This document shows, piece after piece, positions 8,528 to 19,294 of a stretch of 64,000 bases of DNA (position 1 is the stretch's first letter; each line of letters starts with the position of its first letter). The translations under genes and the position numbers were made by a program. The notes beneath the pieces are model-generated. The model did not search any database. It worked only from the letters and a program-made list of their open reading frames with translations, and was not told the origin of the DNA. This stretch comes from Takakia lepidozioides (lineage: Eukaryota; Plantae; Bryophyta), in the NCBI GenBank assembly GCA_030704615.1, contig CM060732.1, forward strand, positions 81,964,001 to 82,028,000, in the 5' to 3' direction.

Positions 8528-11012
8528 ATGGCAGCGAGTACAATAAGCATTGCGCGCTTGGCATCCTCCACATGTTCCCTTGGCACCTCGGAGTGCCCTC
8601 TCCAGCCTCCCCGAAGCTACGCTGCTTGCGAGACTGGCCCTATTCTCAGAGCTTCACAAAGGTGTTTACTGTCCACTCTCTGCGGGACCCCTGTGCATTC
8701 TGCGAACTGCATTGCATCCAGATTTGCTTCAAAGAGTTTCAAGCCGATTGCGGGGCAGTGGACGGCAGTAGAGGAGGACCAAGTTCATAGACAGGGGGAT
8801 GAGCAAGGAGGCCTTAAAGGCATGGAGAAGGCGTCGGAGGACTATTTGACAGACCCCAGTCGATGGTGGGACAATGGAGGCACAAAGGTCCATCCTGGAC
8901 GACGAGATTTCAAGCACAAGACTACTAACGAGGAGATATGGATTGGTAGCTACGAAAACCCTCTATGGGTGGATGGGCAATTGAAAACAGCACAGTTGTG
9001 TAAGTCACGCAACCCCACCATGTCGAACTCTTTTGAAAGTTGTAGGGATGTGAGAACACTATGTAAGGCAGGGCAATTGAAAGAGGCGCTGCAGATTTTG
9101 AACCAAGGAGGCATTTCTGCAAATTCGAAGACTTATATCTCTCTCTTACAGGAGTGCATCAAGGTGAAAGGCCTAGCAGAGGGAAAGCAGGTGCATGCCC
9201 ACATTATCCAAAGTGGATTCAAACCGGACATCTTTCTATACAACACCCTTGTCAACATGCATGCCAAGTGTGGGAGTGCTGTCGATGCACGCCAAGTTTT
9301 TGACAGAATGCCTGAAAGAGGTTTGAGTACGTATGGACTGCGCCCAGAGAGGATGTGGGATGGAGGCTTTGGAGATCTATGAACAAATGATGTTGGAAGG
9401 GGTGAGACCCAACCAGGTCACGTTCATTTGCGTTCTCAAGGCATGTGCCAACCTGGCAGACCTGGAAAAGGGCAAAGACGTCCATGCCGACATCATGCAA
9501 GCTGGGATCGTACCAGATGTCATTCTGGACACTGCTCTCTTGGATATGTATGCCAAGTGTGGGAGCATTGAGGATGCAAAGGTAGTGTTCAACAATATAA
9601 AAGATCGTAATGTGGTCTCATGGAATGCAATGATCGCAGGATATGCCCAGAATGGGTTTGGGATGGAGGCTTTGGAGACCTATGAGCAAATGGTGGGGGA
9701 AGGGGTGAAACCAAACTGTGTCACGTTTATTTGCGCTTGCAATGCGTGTGCCAGCCTTGCAGCTCTGGAAAAGGCCAAAGAGCTTCATGCTGACATCATG
9801 AACGCTGGGATTGTACCCGATATTATTTTGGAAAATACCCTTGTGGATATGTATGCCAAATGTCGGAGCATCCAGGATGCAAAGGGAGTGTTTGACAATA
9901 TGACTGAGAGAAATGTGGTGTCTTGGAATGCCATGATTGCAGGATATGCCCAGAATGGGTTTGGGATGGAGGCTTTAGAGACCTATGAGCAAATGATGCA
10001 GGAAGGGGTGAAGCCCAACCAGGCCACGTTTGTTGGCATTTGCAATGCGTGTGCCAGCCTTGCAGCCCTGGAAAAGGCCAAAGAGGTCCATGCTGGCATT
10101 CTGCAAGCTGGAATTGTTCCAAATATCATTTTGAACACTGCCCTCGTGGACATGTATGCCAAATGTGGGAGCCACAAGGATGCCAAGGAAGTGTTGAAAA
10201 ATATGGCTGAACGAAATGTGGTGTCATGGAATGCGATGATCACAGGATATGCCCAGCATGGATGTGGGGTGGAGGCTTTGGAGACCTATGAGCAAATGAT
10301 GCGAAAAGGGGTGAAGCCCAACCAGGTCACTTTTGTTTGTGTTTGCAATGCTTGCGCCAGCCTAGCAGCCCTGGAAAAGGGCAAAGAGGTCCATGCTGAC
10401 ATAATGAAAGTCAAGATCATGGCCTCACCCCTACGGTGGAGCACTTTGGCTGCATGGTGGACCTTTTCGGCCGGGCGGGGTGGTTGGATGAGGCAGAGGA
10501 GTTCATCAACAAAATGTCAATCAAACCAGATGCCGTGGTGTGGAAAGCGTTGCTTGGTGCATGCAAAGTTTATGGCAATGTGGAGGTGGCAGAGCGTGCA
10601 GCGAAATCTATCCTCTAGTCTGATAGACAGGATGCTGCCACTTCCATGTTGTTGCAAAGGTGAGAAAAATGATGTCAGTCATAGTTGTCACAAGGAGCCA
10701 GGTCGCTGCTGCATTGGGGGTACCTCCATTGGTGGTAGATGCATCCACAAGTTGAGGAAATCCATGCTGAGCTGAGAAGACTGTTTTGGAAGATGAAGGA
10801 GGCAAGGTATGTGCCTAACACACACTTTGTATTGAAAGATATGAAGGATCAAAAGGAATTCTCTCTTGGCCCCCATAGCGAGAAGCTGGCCATTGCTTTT
10901 GGGCTAATCAGCAGATTCGGGATGCCTCTACGTGTAATCAAGAATCTGTACTGGATACAGACCCCTTTCACCTCTTCCAAAATGGGGTTGTTCTTGTGTG
11001 GAATACTGGTAA
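8528..11012 (+). pseudogene. PDF-PLS-E-DYW PPR pseudogene (PPR-C)
   Basis: ATG 8528, Ser/Arg-rich N-terminus, PDF-like motif 8837-8983, then a PLS array. Frameshifts or deletions occur at ~9325-9345, ~10410 (P2-L2 lost), ~10618 (stop) and ~10700-10740. The DYW part HPQVEEIHAEL...GPHSEKLAIAFGLIS...LRVIKNL lacks CxxC. The terminal FHLFQNG/CSCVEYW* ends at 11012. Confidence 0.88.
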
Positions 11013-11962
11013 AAGTTCATTTCTTAGAAGTCTTGCATGTCACTAGAACTATGCAGCCGCGTGGTTGTTCACCGTCCCTCGGATGTTGTCTGTTACTTAC
11101 TGTCGAGGGCATTTCCTCCGCAGCCATATCAAGTGCCCAAGGGCCGAGTCGGCAGACTAGCTCAGGTGGAGACAGCCAGGAGCTGCATTTTGGTTACAGG
11201 TATGAACCTGTTCTAGAGGGTAACTATTGATGGATAGGGTGGTGTAGATCATGCAAGAAATATGGATGTCTGCACTGCTGCGTTAGCACCTAAATTGGCA
11301 CGGATGTAACACAAGCAGTGTTTTTTTCTCTGGCGAAAAATCGCCAGATTTCGACCTGCAATATGGGTCAGCTACTTGTACAAAGGAATTATGGGGGTTA
11401 ATAATTGAAAATTTCGCCAGAAAGCGCCAGTAGCTGAATATCAGGAGCCTGATTTTGCGTACGTTGACCTGTTAAAACGTGCCACCTGTTATATAGCCCC
11501 TTTCTAACCCTGCTACCTTGTTATTCTCGCCACTTGGGCACCGGGTAGAATTTTCATGTGGCCCCTATGGGAAAACTGAAAAGGAAAAACCTTGTGTTAC
11601 ACAAGGCTACTGTCGGACTGCATGGTCATGTCTCCAAGAAAGACCAAGATATAGAGTTTATCTTACTTCCAATGCTAACAGGTGTGGGGCGAGTGTTCTA
11701 TGCAGCGATTTCTGCATGTTCTACAATGTGGGAAACCCAGGTATGTGTGGATCATTTACTATCTGCTGACGTTTTATGCATGTCTATTTTATCTCTAGCC
11801 ATTTTCTTTACCCATTCAATATTGAACGACCATATGGCACTGTTCATAACTGTCTCTCTTTCTTTTGCATGTGCTGTCCATGCATCCTCATACTGCTTTT
11901 GGCCTCTTTTTCGCCTCTCTATTATCAATTGCACAAGAATTTCCACCCTTACAGAAATCTTT

Positions 11963-12022
11963 CTTGCTGCAAATGAACCATGGATGGAGCTTGCTGCAAA
12001 TGAACCGTGGATGGAGCTTGCT
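11963..12022. repeat. 27-bp tandem duplication (2.2 copies)
   Basis: cttgctgcaaatgaacc(a/g)tggatggag x2 followed by cttgct. Confidence 0.9.
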
Positions 12023-15000
12023 ACAGCATTCACCCACTGAAATCACTGAAAGACCTATAGAAGAATTTCTAGGGTTGATGTTTTTGTGGGTGATATATTT
12101 TTATTACAAGATTGTTTATAATGTCTAGTTTTTCACAACTTGCGAAATCAAGCAATTCCACAGAATTTGTGTGGGGGTGGGATTCTTTTATCGCTTGAAT
12201 ATAATCTCTTTATATAGGGGTGTTTGAATTCATGTTACCACAATCGAAAGTGATATCAATCACAGCGGCCTTGGATGATCACATAAAAGATCAATATAAA
12301 AGATGTCAAACCCAATTGTCAACTGAGAATTTACAGCTTTTGACCCTACCAGCTAGGTTCTTCCAGGGTGACCAGCCTGATTCTGTAGCTTTATATCTGA
12401 TCAAGGTTAGTTGTATTCTCCAGATCATGTCAGCTAGCCTTGAACGTTGGGCAAAAGTGTCATGTGTTGAATTGACTTGTGTGGCTAATTGGAGCTCGAT
12501 GCTGGTTATAGGTACTAGATTTGTCTTCTAGGTGATGACCTAGAAGTTCTATATATCAATGTCTGGCAGTTATCCAACATTGACATGTAATTACTTCTAT
12601 CTCGCGTGGTTATCTACATGACGAAGGTAAGGAAATTGAAAATTCATTACCCGGGAGCTATAGACAATACTAACAAATTAAAGGCCACTATGCTATGAGT
12701 CCCCAAGGTTTTGGGTTAAAAAAAAAAAAAAAATGGAAACACCTGGGACCACGTTGCTCACAAATCAGTCCCCTTGATCACAAATCAGGCACCTTAACTA
12801 CAGTGAGAGGAAAAAATCCTTCCAAATGACCGAGCATGAGCTTCAGGCACAAGGCTCAACAGCACAGGCAGGGCAGATGATACCACCCAACATGGTAGCA
12901 AGATTGGAGCCCAGAATCATTTGGGGGCACACAGTGCACTACCGAACTGAGCTACCATCTGTAGCCTCTTTCAAGTCTTTCTGATCTCTTCACCTGGGAC
13001 TACGATATTTCAACCTCAGGTTCAGAGTATGTCAGGTTGTTTTGAGAATATGTCATGGGTGCTGTGAAGTCAATGTTGGTGAAGTTCTAGGATTTTTGTG
13101 TAACCATCACTGATTGGAATGGACGTTTTGCACAATCTTCAGGAACTGTTCCTCCCTGTTCCAATCTTTGGACAGAAATTAGATCCTATGTTGCAGATAA
13201 AAGCCTACCTATAATGCCCTATCTCAATCTGGGAGTCTATTAGTCAAGGATTATTCATGTAAAGCGTGTTTGGGAATAGTGGTAATGCTTGTATATGTTC
13301 CACTTATTACTTTTTTCTAATATGGATCCATTGAACATATGTGTCGCCTTGGATATAAAGAAACACCGAGCTGACTATTTTTGCAGCTACCTGAAAGAAA
13401 ACAAATTGTCGAGCACAATTTTCTAAAAGACGATTTGGAGAGTCCGAGCAAGTCATTCGACTTCTTTGGCAATTGATCTGCAGTATATCATCTTAATATA
13501 TAAGCAAAGACCTCTTGATCTAGATGTTGATTACTTATAAAGCATGTAGCGAAAGGATCTCTTTCCTATCTCCATAACAAATATACACTATAGATTGTCA
13601 ATATTTCAAATGGAAACATCTTAACATCATAATTGGTCTTTGGAGTCTACATTAATCTTTCTTTTCCGAACACACACCCACGCAAATAAAAGGGACGAGA
13701 GGCGCAAGAAATGGATGAGATAACCCAAAATAGTCATACCTCCAACCGTGAATGGCATCGCCATCTTGATCCCCGGCCACCATAGATGTGCCAACATAGA
13801 TAAAAGGACATAGTAAATGTCAGTAACCATGCTACCTAGGGATTGGAGCTAAGATAAGCCCTCAGTCTCTTCAGAGTATGATGTTCGGCTGGCCCCCCTC
13901 AAACATAAGCTCTTTGATTTCTAAGTCTACAAGATCTCGGTGAAAATCATCAGTAAATTGAACTATGAACTGACACATGCAAGATCTACTGTGGTCTTAC
14001 CTGCACCACTTCTGCATCATACCATCCACGAACATCATCACCAACTCGATCCATACCTACCACAAAGGCACCAAACATGTACAATCCTCGACCTGCATGG
14101 GAACTAACCGGAGGCGCATATGTCCCAACAAATCATCCAAGGAAGAAAACGAAGTGACGTCATCTTCAAAGCAAACAAAGTCATCTCTGCAACTAGGACC
14201 ACAATCTTTAACATAGCCCACCATGACAAAGACTTTTGACACTCGAAAATCGCGGCCATCCAAAACAACGTCTCCGAAGATGTTAATATACCAAAAGTGC
14301 CTGAAAAACAAGAGAAATGGTGTTTAGAATGTGCAAAATGGGAATACAATACAGTTTCAATCATGGTTCTAGATATTTAGAGTACTCACGCGTCTGGCAT
14401 GTATGTGGAACCTCCAAACCCAAAGAAAATGTATTATTAAGACTCTGCTTGTTGAATGTCTTATGGTTGTGAGCTACAGTTGAGTAGAAACAAGCTAAGC
14501 AATTGACATTTTATTTGTAATAAGTACAAACACATACTCCAAATCCAAATATAATATCATCTACAACTTTCGCTTCCTTCGTGTATCATTACAAGATCCT
14601 CCATAGACACATGAAACAAAACGGAACATGTTTATCCTTGTGTTTCTCGTGGTACGTAAACAAAGCTTCCTGATGCTTCAGAGGCTGCTCAAATCGAGCA
14701 GTTTTTTCTGCACTCTCTGCTCCAAGAATCTTTTCCATACCCTCGCTTGCACTCTTGAAAGCATTGATCAAAGTCCGTGCTTGATGTTGACTTCTTCTTT
14801 TTACCAGTTGAATTGGGGAAGGGGACTGGAGAGGTATTGGTGAACCGCTCTCAACTTGTAGGAGTCGGAGCCACGATGAGGAAGTGGAGTTTCCTCTGGC
14901 TCCCGTGGCTCTTGTGGAGTCTCCATACTGGTATACCCAGATAGCAGCTCCTCCTCAATTAGCAGCTCTTGCACGGATGGTATGACTACCTACAACATAT

Positions 15001-15399
15001 TCTTATAAACTCACCATCCTCTTTGACCTTGTACAATGTCTGATGCAAACAAGTATGATATCCGATATCTGTTACATGTTGTCATCCATATCGTGCACTT
15101 TTTGACACATCTTGTGTATCTTACATTGAATGTTGTTGTGACTCTGGTGTTAGAGCTAGAGCTTATGGTGGTGCTTACAGTGCGTAAGAGCTAGAGCTAG
15201 CGTTTATATTGTTTCTTCTTTACAATGTGCAGCTTTAGTGTACCATATTTCTTTGGTTCTTAGTTTTGGTTTCGGAGGCTTGTTGTTGCGACTGTTGTTG
15301 CGGCTGACGCGAGGTTGGTTTTGATAGGAACGGAGCTTGGAATGTTCTCTTGATTTTTGACCTAGCGACGTTTGGTTATACTTGAAAATTTTCCTTCAG

Positions 15400-15729
15400 A
15401 TGGCTACGCTTATGTCGTTGCTCAATGATGAAAATGAAGACTTCCACCCCAAAACCTTGCAATTTCTGAAAGACAACGGCATGCGAGATGGGGAGTTGGA
15501 TTAGCATCATATTGCCAAATCTAGGATAGTAAACTGCGGCTTGGCGTTCTCTTCCCCCTTGCACGGGGTGTTGGATGATGAGGGGAACCTTCCCCCTCGA
15601 TTCCCCACAAGCAAGCTCGCATGTGCAGACTTGGCAGAGGATGTCGTCGACGAGCTGCTCTGGGCTTATCACGTCCCTGTGGCCGGTGACCTAAAATATT
15701 CAAAGCGAATACTCCTAGCTAACACCTAG
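15400..15729 (+). pseudogene. Small Mug135 C-terminal-like domain remnant
   Basis: MATLMSLLN...GELD*HHIAKSRIVNCGLAFSSPLHGVLDDEGNLPPRFPTSKLACADLAEDVVDELLWAYHVPVAGDLKYSKRILLA resembles the Mug135_C pattern (N......L......G..P..FP.T...L..L....+..LL..Y.+...G....K...L...+G). In-frame TAG at 15502-15504; the terminal HLG lies in another frame. Confidence 0.4.
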
Positions 15730-16360
15730 GGTTCACTTGGAATTGACAAAATGTTAGCGAATTGATAAAGGGCCTATGAGACAGTAGAGAAAGACAGAAG
15801 AACTCCTGAAACACATAATGCACTGCTATATTTTTATCTGTTTTAGTTATTTGTGACAGTTTAGCAATATTGGGTGTTCTGATTTTAACGGGGACCCACA
15901 GTTGACTCTTGTATAGCCCATTATCTCATATCCAAAGACATTCCTACATACTCATGTGGAACCCACCAGTGATCTTCATATAATTTATCTTGTGCCCAAC
16001 TTACATACGAGTTTGTTATGCGCTTGACTGTCATTCTGTTTACGATAATGTTTAAGAGAAACTTAACTAGATTAATCGTGGTGGTTTTGTTTGGACGTTG
16101 TGGGGAGACAGACCTTGTGGGGAGACAGTAACTCGGTTGCCTTTCTATGCAACAAGCGAGCAATGACCAAATTTAGTGCAACAATTTCGGAGAGATTCAC
16201 AACCCACAAATATGGTTTCCTTAAATTTCATAAGCCATCTTTAATCCCCTTCCATACGGAAAGAGGTCCAGCAAGAGAGAGGGAGAGAGAAGCCAAAAAA
16301 TTGGGGACCACTGAACATGTGACCTTAGGTGACGGTGGTTTGCTGTATTGTACATATACT

Positions 16361-17140
16361 TTAATGGCTACCTGCACTAGGGGCACTGCCGATGGAGGAG
16401 CCCGGTGCATTTTCGGAGACGAGGATGACGCGCCGAGAGAGTAATGTGATATCTTTCTCAAGGTTAAGAAGATGCTTCTCGTATTTCTCCTTTCGTTTTT
16501 TCTTAGACTCTGTGTCAAGCACGAAAGACAAAGCTTGATACTCCGCATTTGTCGCTGCCCATTTCAATTTCAAATTGTTGACAAGCTCTAGTCGTTCAGG
16601 TTCTTCAAGCTTGCGGGTACCATCATGCTTGCATTTTGCTTGCTCCTCGGGACTATCCCTCTTTTTAATATCTGCTGCTATTTGCATTCTCTTCGCTAGA
16701 TATATGGGTATCTGCCCGTAAGTCTTTTTATCTCTGTATCTTCTCACCACCTTCGGACATCCAGCCATGTTTGGCTTAGATTTGATCATTTCAACTGCGT
16801 TCACTGTTATCCAATTTATGCCGCTCTTGAGGCCATGCCGCGGTGGTTTCAACGGAATAGCAGGTTTTTGCTTTGATTTAGTCGAGCATCTGTCCACCCC
16901 ACAAGTGAGCCGAGGCTCCTTAGCATGTTTTCTCAGAAACTTGCTTGTAAGAGGCTTTAAAGAGCCTGGCAAGTGGCCAAATGTGGCCGCCACCTTCTCT
17001 TTCATCATCTGTTTCATCCGATTTATGAGCTTATTGACCAATCTCGCTCTTCTCTGTGTGGGTGTCGGAGGGGGTGTCTTAGGCTTGAGTATTACAGGAG
17101 GCTTGATAAGATCATATATGCTCTCTTTGGATTCCCACAT
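16361..17140 (-). CDS. ENKUR: Enkurin (flagellar/axonemal, calmodulin-binding enkurin domain), intronless, 259 aa
   Basis: ESIYDLI at the N-terminus, KPAIP...GLKSGINWITVNAVEMIKSKP, YRDKKTYGQIPIYL, ERLELVNNLKLKWAATNAEYQALSFVLDTESKKKRKEKYEKHLLNLEKDITLL; in-frame stop upstream of the ATG. Confidence 0.88.
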   Translation of the reverse strand: MWESKESIYDLIKPPVILKPKTPPPTPTQRRARLVNKLINRMKQMMKEKVAATFGHLPGSLKPLTSKFLRKHAKEPRLTCGVDRCSTKSKQKPAIPLKPPRHGLKSGINWITVNAVEMIKSKPNMAGCPKVVRRYRDKKTYGQIPIYLAKRMQIAADIKKRDSPEEQAKCKHDGTRKLEEPERLELVNNLKLKWAATNAEYQALSFVLDTESKKKRKEKYEKHLLNLEKDITLLSRRVILVSENAPGSSIGSAPSAGSH

Positions 17141-19176
17141 TGTTACTGATTTTCCTTTCTCCTTTCCCCACGAGTATTTGCTTAGATCTCTTGAACCCTC
17201 CTTCTCTACTCACTTTCTAGAGATGCAACCTTGAAGCACTCATCTTGAGCAGGACTTCCTGATCCGCATACATAATATCAAACATTCTCTTTTACATCCT
17301 CATTCCCTCCACAAAATTAGTGCTCATGTCAATCGGTAATCAGCCATTATGTTAACCAACCTTTCTATGGATCTGAACAAAGAGCTGCACTCTTCCTACA
17401 TGATTCTTTTAAATCAACCTCATTCCTCTTCTCACCTTTCGCCCCTTTGCGCGGGATGCAATCATGATTGTGAGAACGTAGTTCTCGGTATTACCAAACT
17501 TCTACCGCATGTAACCGCCTTGGGCCCTTCATAAATTACCCGAACAACAGGTGGCTTGGCCTTTGGAATCCATATTGACTCTTGGAACTGTGATATGTAG
17601 TTGCGCTTCATCTGAATCATGTGGAAATCATCTTAGATACTACCAGAAAGTCTCACCACACAACTTTGAGTTCACGCATTCAACTCCAATAATTCCATTC
17701 ATGATTTCTTCAATATTCATCTCTTGGTCACCGTCTAGTCTGCATTTGGAATTTCTGCATAAGGTGGGTACTGCATCGTTTTGATGTTGATCGTGCTAGC
17801 TTGATGGATTACTAAAGTAGAGACCATTCAATATAGGTCAACCTTATTACCAAGTTTCAAATACAACATTCCCAATTGTAGGTAAACGATGGGCAAAACG
17901 AAGAAAGTGTGACATCAAGTGTATTATCACAAGATGGCCGATTGGAGCTAGCTCTTACAGGTCTGTTTTCCTTCATTACTTTGAAACCTTTAGGTGTTTG
18001 TTGGTTAGGGTTTCAAACCTTCATATGATTTGTTGGTCATGTGTCATGCTTGAATTTGCCCCATGTTTGGTAGAGGGTTCACCATTCATTTGTTCGTGGC
18101 AACGATCCCCACCTTAGTCACCAACAAACATGACATAATTACATTGTGGTATTGTTAGCTTATATACTGCGCCCAATCTTGTCCCTTCCACATTTGTACA
18201 CCAACGACAAAGATTTTGAGGTTAAACTGGATGATGCAATTTGGTGGGTGGAAAATGGTAGTCAAAGTTGATGACATCATTCTCTGTATTTCTCTTTCTG
18301 TAAAAAAAAAAAATCATCCATAACGGCAAGACATGGCAAATTTAGGTTATCATTGTTGGTCTCGCGCTTTATTTGTTGGGCCCTTCCTCTTGCAGTTTCA
18401 CCTTCCAAGCTCACTTTCTCTTATTTTATCTCACCATTTGTAAAGGTTGTCGTTGGGAGTTATTTTTAAGCTTGACTTGTGCTGAGATTGTTGAATAATG
18501 GGAATGGGTTGTTTTTGCTCCAAAGATATCGAAAGAACAAGTTTTTGATCCTTGGAGTATTTTATGAACAATTTTGCATGGTTTTACAACCATCTTGTGA
18601 TGGATGTAGTTCAGGATGCCTCAAGTAGGTTCAGCGGATATTTTGTTGGGGAATGATCTGTGTCTGCCATAAACACCCAGAAGTGGAACATATTTTTGTT
18701 GCTACCAAGCTTGATGGAGTTTAGGAAGGCATGGTAAGTTTTCTTCAATTGCTCTATTTCCTTATCAATCTACAATTTGTCATTTCCTCTTCAGTTGGTT
18801 GGGTAAGTAATAGACAAATGATTTCCCCTTCTGTTTGTGGACTATTGGCAGGTTTATGATATAATCCGACTATCTGAACGCAAAAAATGACAACATCGGC
18901 ATCGACAAATATCCGATATTATCCGACTATTTGAATGCAAAGAATTCAAGTTGGTGGGGATGAAGCTTGAAGTGACCACCTCGGCATCGGCCCTATAGTT
19001 GCCATGGTAAGTACTTTATTTCGTGAGTTCAAGTTTTGTTAGCTAAAGACGTACCCTATTTCTATTTGTTTTCTAGTATGGGAAGGACATGAAGTTGTCA
19101 AGTATGGGCACAAGTTTTTTGTGACTCTTGAACGTAGAACAGAAGAGGATGTTGATACTATTTGGGTGGCCAAGTA

Positions 19177-19294
19177 TTACATGTCCTTTCAGTGAGCATT
19201 GTTTGTAGGCTACATATAATTCTTGCTACTGATTGTTGTACATGTCCTTTTAAGTCAGCATTGTTTGTAGGCTACATATATGCTACTGATTGTT
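19177..19294. repeat. Imperfect ~60-bp tandem duplication
   Basis: tacatgtccttt...agcattgtttgtaggctacatata...tgctactgattgtt occurs twice. Confidence 0.85.

Noticed and set aside
10739-11012. U-to-C type (KP/GRP) DYW variant
   Set aside because: Both DYW remnants show canonical HSE and (D/E)YW termini.
11316-11545. CAGTGTTTTTTTT start with repeated TCGCCA motifs, resembling a hAT/MITE end
   Set aside because: No matching second TIR or TSD was found; at most a fragment.
11558-12040. 160-aa hydrophobic ORF and antisense 93-aa ORF
   Set aside because: No recognisable motif; probably decayed repeat sequence.
13000-15000. Possible retroelement gag or LINE 3' remnants (e.g. KWCLECAKW)
   Set aside because: Isolated weak motifs; cannot be supported without a search.
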